DNA of 37,933 nucleotides from Basidiobolus ranarum (Eukaryota): NCBI GenBank assembly GCA_040143965.1, contig JASJQH010000051.1, positions 1 to 37,933 of the forward strand, read 5' to 3'. Shown piece by piece: positions 35,597 to 37,933 of this stretch (position 1 is its first letter; each line of letters starts with the position of its first letter). The notes under the pieces were generated by a model. It saw only the letters and a program-made list of their open reading frames with translations, ran no database searches and was not told where the DNA came from. The position numbers and the translations under genes were made by a program.

Positions 35597-36752
35597 ATGT
35601 AGGTTTCCCTTTACTGTTGGTTTAGCGATTCATTACTTACGTTACTCTCTAAAGGTCGTTTAACGGAACCACCGTTACCGCTGATTATCAACCCACTGCG
35701 ATTGAATCATTATGGTTATCCTTGTTCGAGGGAAGAAATGCTGCAGTTGTTCTCGCGACACTCACATTTGTTAGTCATCAACTCTTCTATTATGGACGTT
35801 ACCTACCATTTTGGATCGCTGAACATATCCCTGCTTTCGACAAGTACAGAATCCAACCCGTATGTCCATTATTTTTAGTTTTCAATAACATCAAGGTTAT
35901 TAACGTCAGTCTATTAGAACAAACCTGTCACTGATGAGCAGCGTTGGAAGTGCTTGAAAGGTGTTCTGATTCAGAATCATTTTATTCAGCTTCCCATGAT
36001 CCTCGCCTTCCACCCCGGAACCCAATTGCTCGGTATGAAGATCCTCGACCCCTTCCCTAGCCTGTAAGTTCCCAATCGAGTAAAGCTTGTAAATCATCTG
36101 TTCCTAAACCTTCCCATTTAGACTCCAAATATGCATTCAAGTATTCTGGTTCTTCTTGTTCGAAGATTTCTACCATTACTGGGCCCATCGTCTCTTCCAT
36201 TGGGGATTCTTTTACAAGAATATCCACAAGGTTCACCACGAATTCACAGCACCTTTTGGCCTGGTAAGTCATGAGTTTCTCTTTACTGTCTATGTTCGGT
36301 GATTAACCCCCCATCCTTAGGCTGCTGAATATGCACATCCTGCTGAGACTCTACTCCTTGCTATGGGCACATTTGGAGGTCCCCTTATCTGGATCTTGTG
36401 CACTGGTGATCTTCACGTTATTACCGTACTTATCTGGATGGCTAGCCGTTTAATTCAGGCAGTAGACTCCCACTCTGGATACGATTTCCCCTGGTCTATG
36501 CGCCACTGGTGTCCCATTTGGAGCGGTATGCTGAATAGATTTCTTGTTAATTCCCTACCACGTTTACATTTTCTAATACATTTAAATCATACAGGTGCCG
36601 ATCATCATGACTACCATCATCAATTCTTTGTTAACAACTACGCTTCTTCATTCCGTTTCTGGGATCATCTTTTCGGTACTGATACCAAATACAAGAGTTA
36701 TCGCAAGAAGCAAGCCGCTGAGAAGGCCAAATTAGCCAAGAAAATTGAATGA
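35597..36752 (+). CDS. ERG25: C-4 methylsterol oxidase, ~285 aa; exons 35597-35598, 35655-35859, 35918-36063, 36122-36263, 36321-36525, 36595-36752
   Basis: Histidine boxes [14 protein letters not shown] and [32 protein letters not shown]; lysine-rich C-terminus (KKIE). 858 nt in frame. Confidence 0.95.
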
Positions 36753-37933
36753 TTTTCCCTTACCTACCATCATGTAACATTTTCCCCTTCTAATTTTTTG
36801 GATTGATCGAGACAACTCTATAAATGATTTCATTTACTATCATTAATTAATTTGGTAATTGCTTCCTGATTTAATTCATTGGTTGTTAGAGTGACGCGTA
36901 ACATATGTCTAACATTAGATATCTTATCTGGACCTGATGAAGGTTAACTGTCGATTGATTTAGTAGTGAAGATCATGATTACTAATTATCAGATGCAAGG
37001 AATGCTATGATAATCTGGGGTGATTTCTCTCAAAATTCTCCTTTATTAGCTGAATAGGATGATTTATATTTAATCGATTTCTACCAAGTATACATATATA
37101 TATATCCATTTGTTGATTATTAATCGTTGAAATCGTTACTCAAAAGGTGATAAAGGAGCATTAGATGGTCTGTTTAAGGACAGTTCCAAAATTTGCCTCG
37201 CAAATAGTAAATAAACCACAACAAAATGGCTGACCGCCTGCTTATATGGCAATCTGGACAGCTAACTGCGGCTCGCAATCCTGCCAGTATGTTCCCTAAT
37301 AAATATATAACAAATAGTAGAGTTAAGGGTGCAAGTTTTCCTAATTATTATTTCCAAGTCAATAATGCATAAAAGACCAATCATATATCTCTTAGAAATA
37401 TTGTTGACACTTTCAATTCAACTTAATTATATATAGTAGGTTATTCTCTTGAAGCTAACAATAAACTAGTTATATTCTACTTGCCTGTTACTCATTATTG
37501 AAAAGTAACACCAAATATTTTAAGAGAATTTGCTAGTTCAAGAAAAAGGAAATTTATGTTAAAATTCAATGTTAGATTTGTTGAAATTAGCATTTCCTAA
37601 ACACCTATATAGTCATATATAGCTTAGTACTTAGTTATCTGATATTGAACTAAGATACTATCCTTATTCTCAATTGGAATTTACTTAGGGATTTCTCAGA
37701 TATATAAATTTTTCATACTGGTGCTAGAAGCCTATCATCCCAGTCCAGTCTTGTGGTCTACACCCAAGTACTCTCCTGCCTTCTAGCCTCTTGTTGTTGT
37801 TTCCAGCCCTTGTCCAGTTCCTTATTGTGACATGTTGATCAGACTACTTACACTTGCCTGTAGACTTCTCTCCATCCCTGTTCTCCAACCTTGAACCCCC
37901 AAGATAGGCTTCCCTCTAATTACCCATCTTACA

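Overview
Gene-dense eukaryotic DNA with many short GT-AG introns. The gene content suggests a fungus, probably an early-diverging lineage (inference). I reconstructed 11 spliced or unspliced protein-coding genes by hand: 5'-truncated midasin MDN1/REA1, DEAD-box helicase DBP2, an uncharacterised tail-anchored protein, a phage-type thymine-hypermodification enzyme of the aGPT-Pplase1 family, Mediator MED31, gamma-tubulin complex GCP4, GMPPA, a single-pass membrane protein, an MCT-type MFS transporter, a BCH/CRAL-TRIO RhoGAP and ERG25. The main highlight is the intron-containing aGPT-Pplase1-like gene (20528-21705), which hints at phage-like DNA base modification chemistry in a fungus. Other notable signals: a heavily structured DBP2 intron at the conserved autoregulatory position; a BNIP3/NIX-like architecture (W-x-x-I motif plus C-terminal anchor) in the uncharacterised gene; a probable GA-AG intron; an ERG25 start codon split by an intron; and a CpG-free terminal segment. 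I found no tRNA, rRNA, CRISPR array or intact transposon. All family calls rest on motif recognition, not database searches.
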